DNA of 64,000 nt from Raillietiella orientalis. Its lineage: Eukaryota. The stretch lies in the NCBI GenBank assembly GCA_036172245.1, contig JAYWIR010000024.1:1922001-1986000 (forward strand), written 5' to 3'. How positions within the stretch are numbered: position 1 is the first letter of the stretch; the number at the start of each line of letters is the position of its first letter. Under the pieces are notes generated by a model. It was given only the letters and a program-made list of their open reading frames with translations. It ran no database searches and was not told where the DNA came from. The translations under genes were made by a program, and so were the position numbers. Positions 1 to 13,228 of the stretch are shown one piece after another.

Positions 1-36
1 ATATATATATATCAAACAACTGCTCTTGTGTCTTAC

Positions 37-1415
37 AGGACTTTTTCGCTCAGAGGGCGCTGATTGCGTATCGAAATTCTTGCTTCTGCCAGCGACTGGA
101 ACGGGACTCGTTTCTCCGCGAAGGCGGACAGAGTGACCATGAAATGTTTGATGCTTTTTATCTGATCTTCCACCTGGAAGGAAACGCTTCTTTTTCTCTC
201 CGGAGGGCGCCTCGAGGTGGCAAATTCATATGTTCGAGAAGCTTTCGCAAGAAGACCCGGACCGCGAGGTGGAGTTCTCGGTGGAATCAGAGAGATGCAC
301 TGGAAGGGAGGAAAGGAAGGAGGGAAGAAAGAAAGAAAGCAAAGGGGGGAAGGAGGCAGTGGTCCCAGGAAGCATCGATCGCGGCACCTTTCTTCTGCTA
401 GAGGGAACTTTACCTTTTCCAGGTGCTCTTGCAGCTTGTCTTTGTCTTGCTTGAACGTTTCGATCCTGGTCTGCAGGACCTCGTCGACGATGTTCCTGTA
501 CTGCAGGCAGATGATGTCCCGTTTTTGGTCCAGCTTCGCTTCCAGGCCGACCATTATCTTGTAGCTCTTCTCGATCAGTGACTGCACGTCCTCGCAGATG
601 GCCATGGATTCCATCTTCCAGTCGTCGAAGGGGAGGAAGCTGAAACGCACGTTCTCGCTGTTCTTACTCGGCAGCAAGTGCGGCACTCGAGCCACCTCTC
701 CGTTCCTCTGAAAGCGCAGTACTTGTGGAGGTCCTCGCTGGCCACGGTCAGCGAAAGCGCCTCCAGGTTCTTCTGGAGGCTCCTCTCCTTGTCCGCTCGC
801 ACCTTGCATAGATGGTAGTTCAGGGCCCTCATCTGGCGCTTCCTCTCCTCGATCTGCGTTTCCGCTTCCTTCAGCACGTCCAGCACGCTTTCGAGGTGGT
901 CGCGCATGGCCCGCAGGTGCAGATCCGCAAGATCGGGGCCGGCTTTCAGGACGAACATCGAGCGGCCCTCGGGGTCGCCGCTCCTCCTGATCAGGCTCGC
1001 TCGCCTCCGCTCCAGACACGACCGGGTGACCTCGAGCAGCCTCTCGTAGAGCAGCTTCTCGGCGTCGACCCGGCACCTCCGTCCGGAAAGGTTGTTCAGG
1101 CACCGGCCGATCTCCGAAATCGCGAGTTCGATCTCGTCTTTCCAAAACGTCACGTCCTTTATGCTGGTTTCTTCGGCACCGGTTACACGACCTCATCCAG
1201 CAGTATCCGCACTTACCTAATTTTTCGTTTACCTCGTTCGTGCTGTGCTGATAAAACTCTACCGTTTCGTCGCACAAGAGCGATATCCCTTTCAGAACTT
1301 TGTCGGCCTCCTCTCTGTATCTTTGGGTGTCCTCCAAGAGCTCCTTCATGTCGTATTTCTCATCTTCCTTCAGGTCTTTGTTTGGCTTCATCTCGGCAGC
1401 GTCAACCCTAACCAT
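37..1415 (-). CDS. Divergent tektin-family coiled-coil protein, 3'-partial (continues beyond left edge)
   Basis: Inferred exons 1415-1217, 1170-723 (or 696), 639-414 and 173-37, with GT-AG ends and compatible phases. Translation follows tektin layout: ...NEVNEKL-E-TSIKDVTFWKDEIE...LEVTRSCLERR...DDW...TRIETFKQDKDKLQEHLEKV...LAEARISIRNQRPLSEKV. This resembles the tektin motifs 'DITFWK', 'ECL..RE.R' and 'KVAQTRL..R..RPNVELCRD'. ATG context is aaaATGG. Some splice choices are uncertain. Confidence 0.6.
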
Positions 1416-3771
1416 TTTAAAAATAACACCGCCAAATGAAGAAAGAGAGGAGAGAAGAGAAGAGGAGGAAGCAAAACAACAGCACGTCTCGGATAAATCT
1501 GATCGATCGGCTCCTCCACGGGCCACACATTCCCCTCCGCAGCGGCCATTGGCTGAGCTCGCACTTTGTCAATCAATGGTGCTGCTTCGCGAATTGCCGA
1601 CGCGCATTCCAAGTGTGTTCGCAGGCCTCTCGAGGTGAGCCAGTGGTCGTCAGGCACCGGAAAGCATCCGGCAGCATCAACCGGACTCCTTGCCACTTCC
1701 AGTTCGTGGCCCCCACGAACGTGCCCGGAGGCGTCCGTGCCCACGGCGTGTCCTTCCGCAACCGAAAGGTGTGCAGCGTGAAACTCTTCCTGCAGCTCCC
1801 GCGAACACTGCGGAAGACGCCGAAGCCAAGCAAAAGTCGCTGGAAACGCCTCGCGCGCCCCAGTCTGGGTGGTTGGTCACACTTGAGACGCCGTCGGGAT
1901 GACGGATTCGCCGCGCACGCTGGCAGCGACCGGATTCAATTTCGCACGGATTTTCGGGGCAGAACACGCTGTAATGGGGATGTTCGAAACCGTGATCCCC
2001 TTGAGAAAAAGAATCTCGGCCTACATCATGCTCACACTCTCTCGGCTTTGCCTTATGGAATGACTACGCAGCGAATTGAAACCGCGTATCTATGGAACTA
2101 AGTTCAGAGTAGCTTTACGCCTCAAAGACTCGGTCATTGGATGCAGTACCATGTAATAACGCTGTCGACGCAAATTAATCCAAGCGATCATCTTTATTTA
2201 TCTGTTTTTCTCGAAAAAAAGCTGAACGATCCATGAAACACTAACCGGTGAACGGGAGGACCGACAGAACCTAACGTCGCCTCGTGTTTCAAATTTACGT
2301 TTCAAACAGATGAGAAATCCCTTAAACTTGGCTGTAGCTGAAGCGACTGACGATGGCGCTCCACTAAAATCCTCCTTCGAAACGTGTGGTTGGGAGTTGG
2401 AATTCCATGTGGCGAGTCTCATGGTCAGTGATCAGCTCTGCACGGAGCTTCACCCTTACGGAAAACGTCATCGATGAAACCAACACTCTCGTCTTGCAAG
2501 CATCTTCCGGGAAGACTTTGAAAGGAACCAAACGCTTAGTTAATGCTTTCACAGCAACAGCTGAAGGACAAACTCTTTCGAAGCTACAAAAAAGCTGTCT
2601 TCACTCGTTCTTCTTCACTTGACTGTGGATCTTATCTTGTGAAAAAAAAAAAAAAAAAAAAGACGAAATAAAAATAAATCTTCTTCCGAAACGAAGCTGT
2701 TTCAAACGAAGAGGGACTGACTGATAAGATAATCTGAAGAACGCCTTGTTGCGATGACGGCAAACAAGTATCAAAACCATGCAAGCAAAATGAAATGCTG
2801 CAAGCTGCTGCTCGAAGAATACCAAAAACCAAGAGGACTTGGATCTGCACCAGATGCTGCTGGATGAATCAAGCCGGAAAGTAAGCACACCTTCTCATAC
2901 CATGTTTGTTAGAAGAAGAAAAAAAAAAAAAAAAAAAGGAAGAAAGACAACCCTTCTCAGACTCACCCACCTGCCGCGACTAAGCGGCATTGGTGAAGGG
3001 GATGTTCAGTCTTCGGTAGATTTCGCCGTGATCGTGGAAAGCAACAGACACCTCCGAATGGCGGGCTTCCCAGGAGCGCTGCCTGGATCCGCGCGTGCGC
3101 TTTCCCGAAAGCCACGTGACCTGCCCGGACGGGGAACGGAGCGCTGAGATTCGTGCCATCTTCCAAAAGTCGGGTTCGAACGGAGCCCGAGAGATCCAGC
3201 ATCTCGATGGAGGGGGGGAATCCAAATGCTCCAGAGAGATCCCGGTGCCGACGTCAAACAGAGCAGCAGAGCGCACCACCCATTTCGCATCCGATTCTTC
3301 CACCTGCGATTCGCACGGAGGCTTTCCGAGACACGAAACCACCCGTTCCGAACCCACGCTGGAGAAAATAATGGCCGCCACCACAGTGCGTGTGGCCTTC
3401 TGGAACAGTCCGCTGGCGATCTCCCGAGTACATCCATTCCCAAGCTGCAATGACTGTACACTCTCCGAGATGGCCTTTTCGGAAGGTCAGCGTGTGCGGG
3501 CCGCCGCCCACGTAGGTTGCGCGAGCCCGGTCACCGGCCTCCCTCTCCCCCAAACTGGCGCCGCCCCGGCGTACCCGGGTGGTAACCCCCAAATTGGCGC
3601 TTCGGAAACTCACAGTTCCTCCACCTTTAGGGAGGCACTCGTTCCAGTGTTTTCTTGGATTCCATTAAACGTTGGAATTCTAACTTTCTTGCTCCCTATG
3701 TTTTTACATGCCGCCTGTATCTGTATCTGGGAATGGAGGCTTCGGTGGGAAACACATAACCCACACAAACA

Positions 3772-3810
3772 CACCCCCTACTATTAGGGTTTATCTAATA
3801 GTAGGGGGTG
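3772..3810. repeat. Perfect inverted repeat, 16-bp arms, 7-nt spacer
   Basis: CACCCCCTACTATTAG-ggtttat-CTAATAGTAGGGGGTG, read directly. Confidence 0.9.
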
Positions 3811-6800
3811 GGCTTATATTGTAATTATCAATTAGGAACCGAATGCACAAGTGATTTGCCAAGGCGAGCACAAAAAATGCACTCGTGAATTTTCCTTCAG
3901 CAATCCCCCGCCTCTTCATGAGGTTGTCATTTTCTGAAGTCACTGACGATGATCACGTCAAATGACAGTGAGCGATGAGAAACCGGGAGAAATTTCAAGA
4001 CGCATCGATGTGGACCAAGCGGGAAAGTCCCGGGTATCGAACACACGCCGAGCAAGGCGACTCATACCACACACTCATGCTCACACCGTGCACACGCACG
4101 TGCACGTCAACGTTCCGATGCATATTAGTGTCTTACAAAGACACGCGTACCATCCGCGTACACTGGTAAGATTTTCGACTTGTGTGGCAGCTGTTTACAT
4201 CCCTTCCTTGAACCACAGGCGGCTCGCACGCTTTTCGAGAAGGCTGTGGCTGAGCACGCTCGACGCGATGTTTACAGCAAATAGGAAAGGAAAGAACTGC
4301 CGAATGAGCCGTGGCTCAAGGCTCTTTGAGGGGACGCTTGCAGCCAGAACCATGAGCGAACAACATTGCATTCCCGGCAGCGTCATGAATGGGACTCTGC
4401 ACGATGGCTCGGAGCACGTGGGTTTGCGATTTTCCTGTTTTTTTTTTTCTTTTCTTTTCTTTCCTATAAGGAAACTGATTTCGGAGTTTTCCAGCGACGG
4501 AAGGAAAAAAAAAAAAAAAAAACGATCAATGTGCTAATATTCAATGGATACCACTGGAGACTTGCATTACTGTCTAAAGGCGAGTTTTCGGAAGAACATC
4601 ATGCAGTGTTAGAAGAAGAAGAAAATATTTCAGTATTGCCACTGCCTGTGCACTCTAAAATGATTTCGAAATCGGTGATGCAGGCAGAATCTTCGGGATG
4701 GAGATTCGAATCTACTCTCCACGAAACTCACCGAAGATCCTCGACGAAGCCTCAATCAGAGGGCGCCGGAAGACAACACGTGTCCGCAGTAATTTTTTCG
4801 TGTTCACGAAGCACTGAACGTCGCCATCTCGTAGATTAGCGCAGATCCCGTTTTTCCCTATCTAACCGTTCCTTTGGAATTTGAAAATTCTCGTGGGCAG
4901 TACTATCCTGGACAGAGGCACGCTTGGTTCTGTGCTGCATACGTGAGCTGCCATGATTTAGGTCGACAACAGCTGTTTCAATAATAAAGAATAGTGGCCA
5001 TTGTAACAAAAAGGGCAGACGGAGGGGGGCGCGGGCAGCCCAGGGGCTAACAATGGCGCATTCGGCTGTTGCGTGGTTCCTCGGGTCACGCCAGCAACTT
5101 CCGGTGAGTTTCGGTACTTGACCGCCGGGACGGGTTTCGCCGGATGGAGATGCGGCAATCAGGACCGAGGACCTCAGGACCAAATGAGGAGGAAGAGACT
5201 ACTCGGATGTTGAGTTCCGAACTTGATAGAAACGCTTTCGATTGCCTTTATGCTTTGCATCGGACGCCGTTTCTTTTTCTTTTTTTTTTCCCCTTTGGTG
5301 CGAAAGGGGGGGGGGCCTTTTTGAGTGTCGTTCTTTGCATAAACAGCTAAACCTGCTGATTACTCCAAGTACACTAAATATATGAAATTATGCAAGTTCA
5401 TAGCCATGGTCTCGGGTGCAAAATTACCCAAGCCTTTGTGGAACTACTCTCCAACACAAGGGACAGAAGAGACTCCCCCCCCATTTAAATCCTCTTTCTA
5501 ATGACAGCTGTGCAGTGAAACCACTCGATGCCTCGATGCCTACGCCGTTGCTTCCATTCTTCCCATTTCAAACAACCGCGACATCTGATTGGACGCTTTC
5601 CTTTCAAACAGGGTGCGCAACTCACTTCGTCGGAAATGCTTGCAATTTAAAACGAAAAAATTATGGAATTCTCCGTTTCTTTCCGGAAAAAATTTCCGGG
5701 AAGAGAAAAAGTGAATGACTATGCCAATCTCATTCCAAAGACGGTTATCGATAAATAGGGAAAAAAAAAGTAAGCAACAGCCGATCAGAATCACGTTTAT
5801 TCGAAAACCCAAACATTAGGACTAAGGTGAACTGATCCGATCGAAGAAGAAGAAGAAGAAAGAAAAAAACTTTTCAGATTCACGAGTTAGGTGGCATCTT
5901 AAATGCCAGCAATGTCGTGAGAAAGAGAAAACGCATAGGAAATAGAATTTGATCTTCAAGCTTGTGAACTTGACCCCGTTTCATTTTAAAATCGAAAATT
6001 GGTTCGCTGAAAGTTGTTTCGTCCCTTGGATGATCCCCTTAATGCAATTCGCTTGACTTCTTCAAGGTAGCCAAAACTGTGGATTCCAACGCAGGAGAAG
6101 GAGGTCGCTTACAATCGCAACTGCTAGAACTGATATGAAATTTCGCTGCCACCCCAGGATTTGCTCAGGGTTCAAGACATCGAAGATGCCAGCGTATAAA
6201 CGGGACTTCACTTATCAGTACATTTTTTGAAATGACCAAGAAAAAAGTGATAGTTTCTTCTTTATGCTTGAATTTAAAATAAATGAATAATTGAATTTTC
6301 GAATTTCAAGCTTTTTTCTCGCATTCTATTTGCTTCATCTCATAGATAACTCGTTTCAAATTTTCGGTTTTTTTTTTTTTTTCTTCTTCTTGTCTACGTA
6401 CGTACTTTCTGGATGTACTTTCAAGCTTACATCAATTCACTCAACATAGATTGAATCGGCGTATTCCATCTAAAGTTCCAAAACCTGACTTCCTCATCCC
6501 AAAGCACACCTCCAAACTCTTGTCTTCAGTTCGTGGTCGCCATACACCGCATATGGCGCCTCAGTATGGGAAATAAATATTCCTTATGACATTTGGGAAG
6601 GAAACTGCACAAGAAAAGAGGACGAGGGAAGATTGAAATAAAAGCAAGCAAACTAACATAACCAAATTCAACTGTATTTCCTTACGCATAGCAATCATTT
6701 TATTTAACCCATCAACATCTAGCATGGAATAAAACAAAACACGAATTATTAGTACTTCTCAATCATTTACTTAAATATTTAAGTAAGCAGCAAAGTTTGC

Positions 6801-9473
6801 TTTGGCTGCTGAAAGCTGCTGTTCGCCAATCTAAAGTGAAATTTGGAACCAGCATGGACTTTTCATAAGAAAGGAAGGGAGTAAACGAAAGCATCGAATA
6901 GTTAAAGAGTTCGAGGATCCGAAGAGGAGGACAAGAAGAGCCTGTTCTTTGACTTTCAACGAAACGTTCCGATTTTCGTTCTCTCGTCGCAACTTATGCG
7001 GTAGGTGAAGCTGCAGAAACAGGGAATTCCGGGATTCCGCTACCTCAACGCAATCATCCGGCTCAAAAGTCAACATCCGATTCTCATCCGATTGATTGGA
7101 AGAAATGGCCAAAGTAAAAATGGGCGTTTTAAATTTCTTCCAGAGCATGGCAACGTGCGGGGCTTGTTCCTTCAGCTTTTGGTAATGAATCTTGGGATTA
7201 CTCATGTCACGTTCGTCCCTTATTTCGGACACAAGCATTCATAAAGCGTATTCTTTAAAACTTGAACAAATATCTAAAGTCATAAAACCGTTCAGAAGGA
7301 AATCCTCGAACTTTGAAGCTGCCAATGGAGCGAACGGTATCTCAGCTGTTAGATCGGTCTACTCTTGCAAGAGTCACTTTTTCCCCACCATTCTTCCCAT
7401 TCATTTTTCCGCGAGTTGCCCATGTCTTTGACCATTTATTTCAAGTCCGTCCATCGCTAACGCTTCTGGCTACTTGCGACCCCTTTCAAGATCCTATCGG
7501 TTTACCAACGCGTGCGTGTGTGTGTTTCGAAGTTAGAGATGAGTCGCAGACCAGGTTTGAACTGTGGTCAGGTTTTTGAAGAACATGATCAAAGGATGAA
7601 CCAACATACGTTTTTGTAAGTCATCATTCTATATAGCACCTTTTCCTTGAAGAAGAAGGAAAAAAAAAAGGCGCGTTTGTGAAACACTGAAATGCAGCTA
7701 TATTTTAGAATCGAAATAATGAATCAATCCATTTAAGCGCGAGCAATAAGGAAACTTATCTATTGGAAATGACACGTTATAATTTTCCTCTGGACACCTT
7801 CCATTCCAAGGATTCATTGCAGAATCAGTCAAAGTATCAGCTTTAGAAGGTCCTTCTCCTCTGTAATGAAACTTGCAATTTCGAACTTAATGATGACTCC
7901 ATTAAACGGAGGAAAAATTTCAAGTAAGCTCAACTCGCCTTTCGAAGGAGTCTTGGATGCTAGGAAATGGAGCACAACCGAAGGCAAGAACAACATCATC
8001 GACCTGAAGACTCATCAAGAAGAACATGGCGCAGCTTAGCCGGGCAGAGTGGAGCCTTTCATGGCGCCGCTGCTAAAAGCACTAAGCAATCAGACACTAT
8101 GTACACGTCTGTGTACGCATCCAATGCAACGTTCAGTTTCGTCTTTTCATGCTGTTGTCTTTGGTTCACCTGTTCCTTACTCGCTACGAGAACGATCGAA
8201 CCAATAAACAAAAGAGACCGAGTGATTTCCAGGAATAAATATGGCGGGCGTTCGTGGGTAATGAGGACAAAGGAATCGCTAAACTGCTCCTTCCTGGAAT
8301 GACGCAAGTTGTGATGCAGCCAAATGCCTACTGCTCATCCGTTACAGTACCACAGTGTCGACAGCCACGAGGGATGCCGCATGCAAAGAGAACCGAGCAC
8401 AGCATGCATCGAAAGCCGTGGTAGAAACATGCCAAAGCACGGTTTCAAGATGGCTAAAGCTCCCCATCAGTGGTCGTGTGGCCAATGCTGCGCGCGGTTG
8501 TCTGAGCCCGGTAGGCTCGTTCTACGCACAGGTTCACCAAGGTGAAAAACCATCATGCGACGTGCTCGCGAACCAGATTGGGCGAAAAGTCGGGGGTCAT
8601 CCGGACGTGGGGGCGAGCGACCGGAAAGCCGAACGGACGATTCCTGATCCAAGAAATCGTGGCAAGTCGAAGCACCTGCTGCAGATAAGAGAGTAAACGA
8701 TTCGTGCAACAACGCACATCCCAAAACCCCATTTTAGAACACGAGCTGGGGTCTGCCCTCGAATGGAAGGGAAGGCTGCTGCTTTCCCAGTGATCGACAC
8801 AGCTCGTAGAGATGGAATTCCACTGCCCCTGGTTGCGAAGTGGAAAACTTCGAGGCAGACCTCACTCCCACTGGTCGGCTGAAAAATTTCCTCATCCAAA
8901 AGAGTCGGTTCGACAAAAAATAAATACCTATAAGGACCAAGCCGAGAGAGATCCGTTCGAAGCCCCACGAATAAGTCGAAAGCATGAGCCTTGTACGTCA
9001 TTCAAACGGGAAACGGGTCCAGAGAGAATTTCGACGGGGGAAAGAGATGAAAGCGAGCATGTGAGATGCACGGCGAGATAGAGAAACCGAATTTCCGAAA
9101 GGAGAAAAATCGTTTCAACATCTTGACGGTGAGTTGAGGCGAAGCTGCACGTGAATTTCAGGATTCGGAAATGTTTGACTACATTCTAAAAAGGGGGGGG
9201 GGAGGGGAAGGGTGCGGCCTGCTGAGTGGCAAGTGCTCCTGCCACTGCGAAGATGCAGCTTTTTCAGCGTGGCAGTGAAGCTGATAACGGGAACCCGGAA
9301 TAAACCAAAAAAGACAAGTGTGCAGGGTTTCCTCGCACCAAAGTCTTTAAAACCATAAGGAATCAGCAGCCAATATATTTCTGAAAGAGTGGGAACTCTC
9401 CGCTCGCAGAAAGTGAAAACAAGGATTGCCGTAGGCAATAAAGATCAGGCGTTGAGACACGCATGCAAATACA

Positions 9474-9478
<5 letters not shown>

Positions 9479-9508
<30 letters not shown>
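9479..9508. repeat. (TA)n microsatellite
   Basis: About 15 TA units, read directly. Confidence 0.9.
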
Positions 9509-9512
<4 letters not shown>

Positions 9513-9636
9513 CTACTTTTAATGACTTCTCATTGAAATATTTTCATGAGCGTGCAAAACATATCTTGTCAATCTGAAGGACCGGCAGAAAGATCATCTA
9601 ACAGTCGTAATGAGCATGCGGAGGGATTCTGAAGTA

Positions 9637-11141
9637 CAGTGGGCTCCCGTATAACGCGCAGGGATACGTTCCGCGTCGCAGGGAACCGCGTTGTACGAGA
9701 CGCGCACTGTACTTATGCAAGTTTTAAACATGTCTCCGAGTTCCGGTACTGATCGCATGCTGCTAATGAGATCGCATGTCCGTTTCAAATATGGCTGCTT
9801 CGCGTACGGACTGTTAATTAACTTGTTTCAAATCAGGTTTCCTTTGATAGAGGAAAAGCAAAACACAGCGCAGGTGATTTCATTACGAAAAAATGTTACA
9901 TACCATTATTATTATAAATTGCAAAAAGTCCTTGCTGTTTTAGCCATGCGTACTGAAATGAAGAGGGGAAAAAAAAAAAAAAAAAAAACACCTGAGTGGC
10001 TGAGGGGAAACCGTATGGTTCCGGAAGAAAAAAAATTCGAATTTTGGATGAGTTGAAACCTGGAGCGAAAGTGGCAACCATTGCTGAAGCATTGGAGCTT
10101 ACGAGGGAGTCAGCGATTCGTACAGTACGAAAGCAAAGTACCAGATATATAATGTCCACTGCATCTTTATTGAGTTCGGATAGAGCTGCTCGTATAAAGG
10201 ACGTGTTAATGCCTAAGGTGGGAAAAGTGTTTGATGATATGGATTAAGGATTATTACTCTAGAAGTGTACCTTTAAGTAGTGTCCTCATACAACAGAAGG
10301 CAATGAAGGTTTACCAACATTTCAAAGATTCCGAGTCCTTTTCTCCTGCCGGATTACATAAATACGAATTTAGAGCGCGGGTATCACTGAATCAATTAAT
10401 CACAACCAAGATATTGATGAAACCGAATTTGTAGAATTCGCGCGCGGTTCTGATTCCAGTAATGGTGGGGGAAGCTCATTCCAGATTTTGAATGGACCAG
10501 AGCAACACTTGCGTTTGGAGGCTTTTAAAGAACGGGTTATAGAAACCCTAGAAGCACATTTTATGAAAGTGGATGCGTCAATAGAGCGCGCTCTATAACG
10601 AATTTAAAGGAAAACTGAATGACTGTCTGTCTGTCGCCGTTTTTGCGAGCCAAAAATGATCTGGGAAAAGAACTGTGTCTCAATGACGAGAATGGAGGAG
10701 AAGGACGAAACCGTGGACTCCTCAAGAGATGAATCTGTACAGGCCAATAAAAGAAAAAGACCATGCCGTTGGGACTTATTTGTGGACACTTCCGATAGTG
10801 GATGAACGTCCAATAGCAAAGTGTTTTCGTTTTAATTAAAAATTGAATAAAGATCTTTTCCCCTCATGTCCTTAAATGTGCATTTCACTTTTCTGATAAA
10901 CCTTCACGTCTTTTATAGCCACTAACTTCCCTGTGTATACCTAAACAACAGGTGAGTGTATATACATGTTGCGTTTCTAAACAAAAAGTCGAAAAAAAAG
11001 TGTGTCAAGATGTTTAAAAATTTACCTCACGCGTTATACGGGGGCTGTTCATCGCGTTGTATGAGTACCGCTGGTCGCGATTTTCCCGTCGCGTCGTGCG
11101 AATTCGCGTTATAGGGGAGCGCGTTGTGCGGGAGCCCCCCG
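9637..11141 (+). mobile_element. Tigger/pogo-family (Tc1/mariner superfamily) DNA transposon, degenerate and internally deleted
   Basis: Left end TA|CAGTGGGCTCCCGTATAACGCG (9637-9658). Right end CGCGTTGTGCGGGAGCCCCCCG (11120-11141) matches its reverse complement at 18/22. Frameshifted internal frames give KIRILDELKPGAKVATIAEALEL...SAIRTVRK (psq-type HTH) and IWIKDYYSRSVPLSSVLIQQKAMKVY (CENP-B-type HTH). No DDE domain is visible. Confidence 0.85.
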
Positions 11142-11704
11142 TTGTGGCTTTCTGCACTCAGATGAGTGTCGGAATCGAAAGTTGAACAGAAAGTGTCCCC
11201 AGGAAACCAACTGACACTGCTGACGGATTCCTCGAGCGCAGATGAAGAAGGGTTCGTTGCATCTCTGTGGACCGCCAAGCCAAAGATCAAAACGTGAACC
11301 GGAGAGAAATCAAAATAAGACCGTGAAAGAAGAGAAAACGCCATGGGAGAAATCGAATGAAAGTACCGTACTCACGAATTTGTCTTTTAGCGAACAGAGC
11401 AATGCAACGAGGGGAAAGAACTTTCGTGGATGGTTGTCTGTCGATAATCTGAAACAGCACATACATTTGTGGAGGCAGTCATCTTGACAGTACACGCGAA
11501 ACTTCGGCCTCAATTCGTCACAAGGTTCCCTCTAATTGGAACGATGCCTTTTTTGAAATCATCTCCAATTTTCTTCATCCCGTGGGTTTTCAACATGACT
11601 TTGCTTCCTGAATTTCTGTTCGCAGTTCCGCTGTTTTTTTTTTTTTTTTCATTTCCACCTGATTGATTCCTCTTGACGATAAACCAACCTGATCCCAAGA
11701 TTGA

Positions 11705-11731
<27 letters not shown>
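11705..11731. repeat. (AC)n microsatellite
   Basis: About 13 AC units, read directly. Confidence 0.9.
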
Positions 11732-11735
<4 letters not shown>

Positions 11736-12106
11736 AGAAGAAGAAAAAAAAGAAAAAAAAAAACCGTCCTGCCTAAAGCCGACACGTCGGTCTAGGGCAA
11801 CACATCGGTCCTTGAAAGAACCGATCGACTTCCCATTCCAAAGATCCCCAAGCAGCAGCCTCCGTGCACAGACACACCAGTCATGTCTTCGATGAAACAA
11901 CAAGCCTGATTGCTGAAAATTTTGCGATTCCTTCGAAACTCGAATTTTCGGCGCGTAGCAACGGCCCCTGCAGCTTCCGGTCCTCCTTGCGTCGAGGGCA
12001 TCTTGCTCTTGGGGCCACCGAAGCGAAGGTTCCGTGTGCGGGAACGAGCTGACTCCATCCTCAACCTTCTTCGCAGCCTTTTCGAACTTCTCACCCGAGT
12101 GGAATG

Positions 12107-13228
12107 AACCAGCAAGGATACATCAAGCCTGAATACATAATTTTGGTCATTACGTGAGGCACAATCTCTCATGATTGAACAAAGCTGTGAGCTCATTACT
12201 GATGAAGCACGAATCCCTGTACTGAGGAAAATACCCGTGTCTCGAATTACTTTTGCCGATGCGTGCATTGGTACGTACCACCTGAATCCTAAACTGTACG
12301 TGCAGACAGATATTGGGTACTTCATTATTTTGTACGGCATTATCACCGGCAGACGGATATTGGGTACTTCATTATTTGAGACTTTGACCAGATAATGAAA
12401 AAACACTTTGGCCACAGGAGGTTTCCGTGAGTTGGACGGCCAATTGAGATCCGTCAGTGTAAACTCTGGGAGGGGCAAAATTTCAAAGTGTACACTTCAC
12501 CGGCTCGGAAGGTTTTTGTGGCCCTTCCAAACCTTCAACCTGCACACATCACCACGTGCACTTTGCCGTCGGTGGTAGCCTACTTGGAAAGTTGCTTTCT
12601 TTTTCAGCTCTTTCCAGCTGCACTGCAGGCACTTTTTAATCTTGAAACCATCGTTTATCTCTACAGTCGTGGTTACGAATTCTCAGAGGCACACGGTCTT
12701 CCTGCGCATGAGAACACATGCCTAAGATACGAGAAAACGGCATAAAAAACAAGGAACGGTCAAACAAAGGAGATACGTGGCAACACAAGTGATCCCAAGT
12801 GCTGGGATGAATAGACGGGGGAAATCACAAAACGTGGGATAAGGAAGGAGAGGCAGTTTCATGATGCCGCCTTGTACGTTTCCACCCTTTGCTTGGAACA
12901 TTCCGGCCTCCCTGGACAGAGAATTTCCCGTTTCCATGAAACAAGCTAAAAATACTTCAAAAGCGAATTCGAAAAACTTCGAATCTCCATTAATAAATCT
13001 AGCTTTGTCTTTCTGCTTGCAAAACCCTACTATACATGGGGCTGGGTCCTAATTGAGAAACACGTTACCCATTCGGTGTACATGTTCAGTAAAACGACAG
13101 TCACGCATTTGGCTTTGCGGAGTTAGACTTGCAATTTCCAACTGTAACCAGCAAGGATACATCAAGCCTGAATTCATAATTTTGATCAATACATAAAATC
13201 CAATCTCTCATAATTGAACAAAAGTTGT
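12107..13228. repeat. Dispersed direct duplication of an ~82-bp segment (copies 12107-12188 and 13146-13228)
   Basis: Both copies start with an identical 28-mer, AACCAGCAAGGATACATCAAGCCTGAAT, and stay alignable through CAATCTCTCATRATTGAACAAA. Confidence 0.85.

Noticed and set aside
33..1526. 497-aa single ORF
   Set aside because: It is a chimera: three real exons share a frame with read-through introns and an out-of-frame exon. The spliced model explains it better.
1436..3787. Several 150-230 aa ORFs and minus-strand GTGAGT donors
   Set aside because: No recognisable domain and no consistent exon chain. A fast-evolving gene or tektin 5' exons cannot be excluded.
5746..5753. DRE-like TATCGATA
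   Set aside because: A single 8-mer is expected by chance in 64 kb, and no linked gene start was identified.
5900..9100. Coding-looking minus-strand segments (e.g. ORFs 6831-7238 and 8597-9001)
   Set aside because: I could not build an open spliced frame or recognise a family. Needs RNA-seq or BLASTX.
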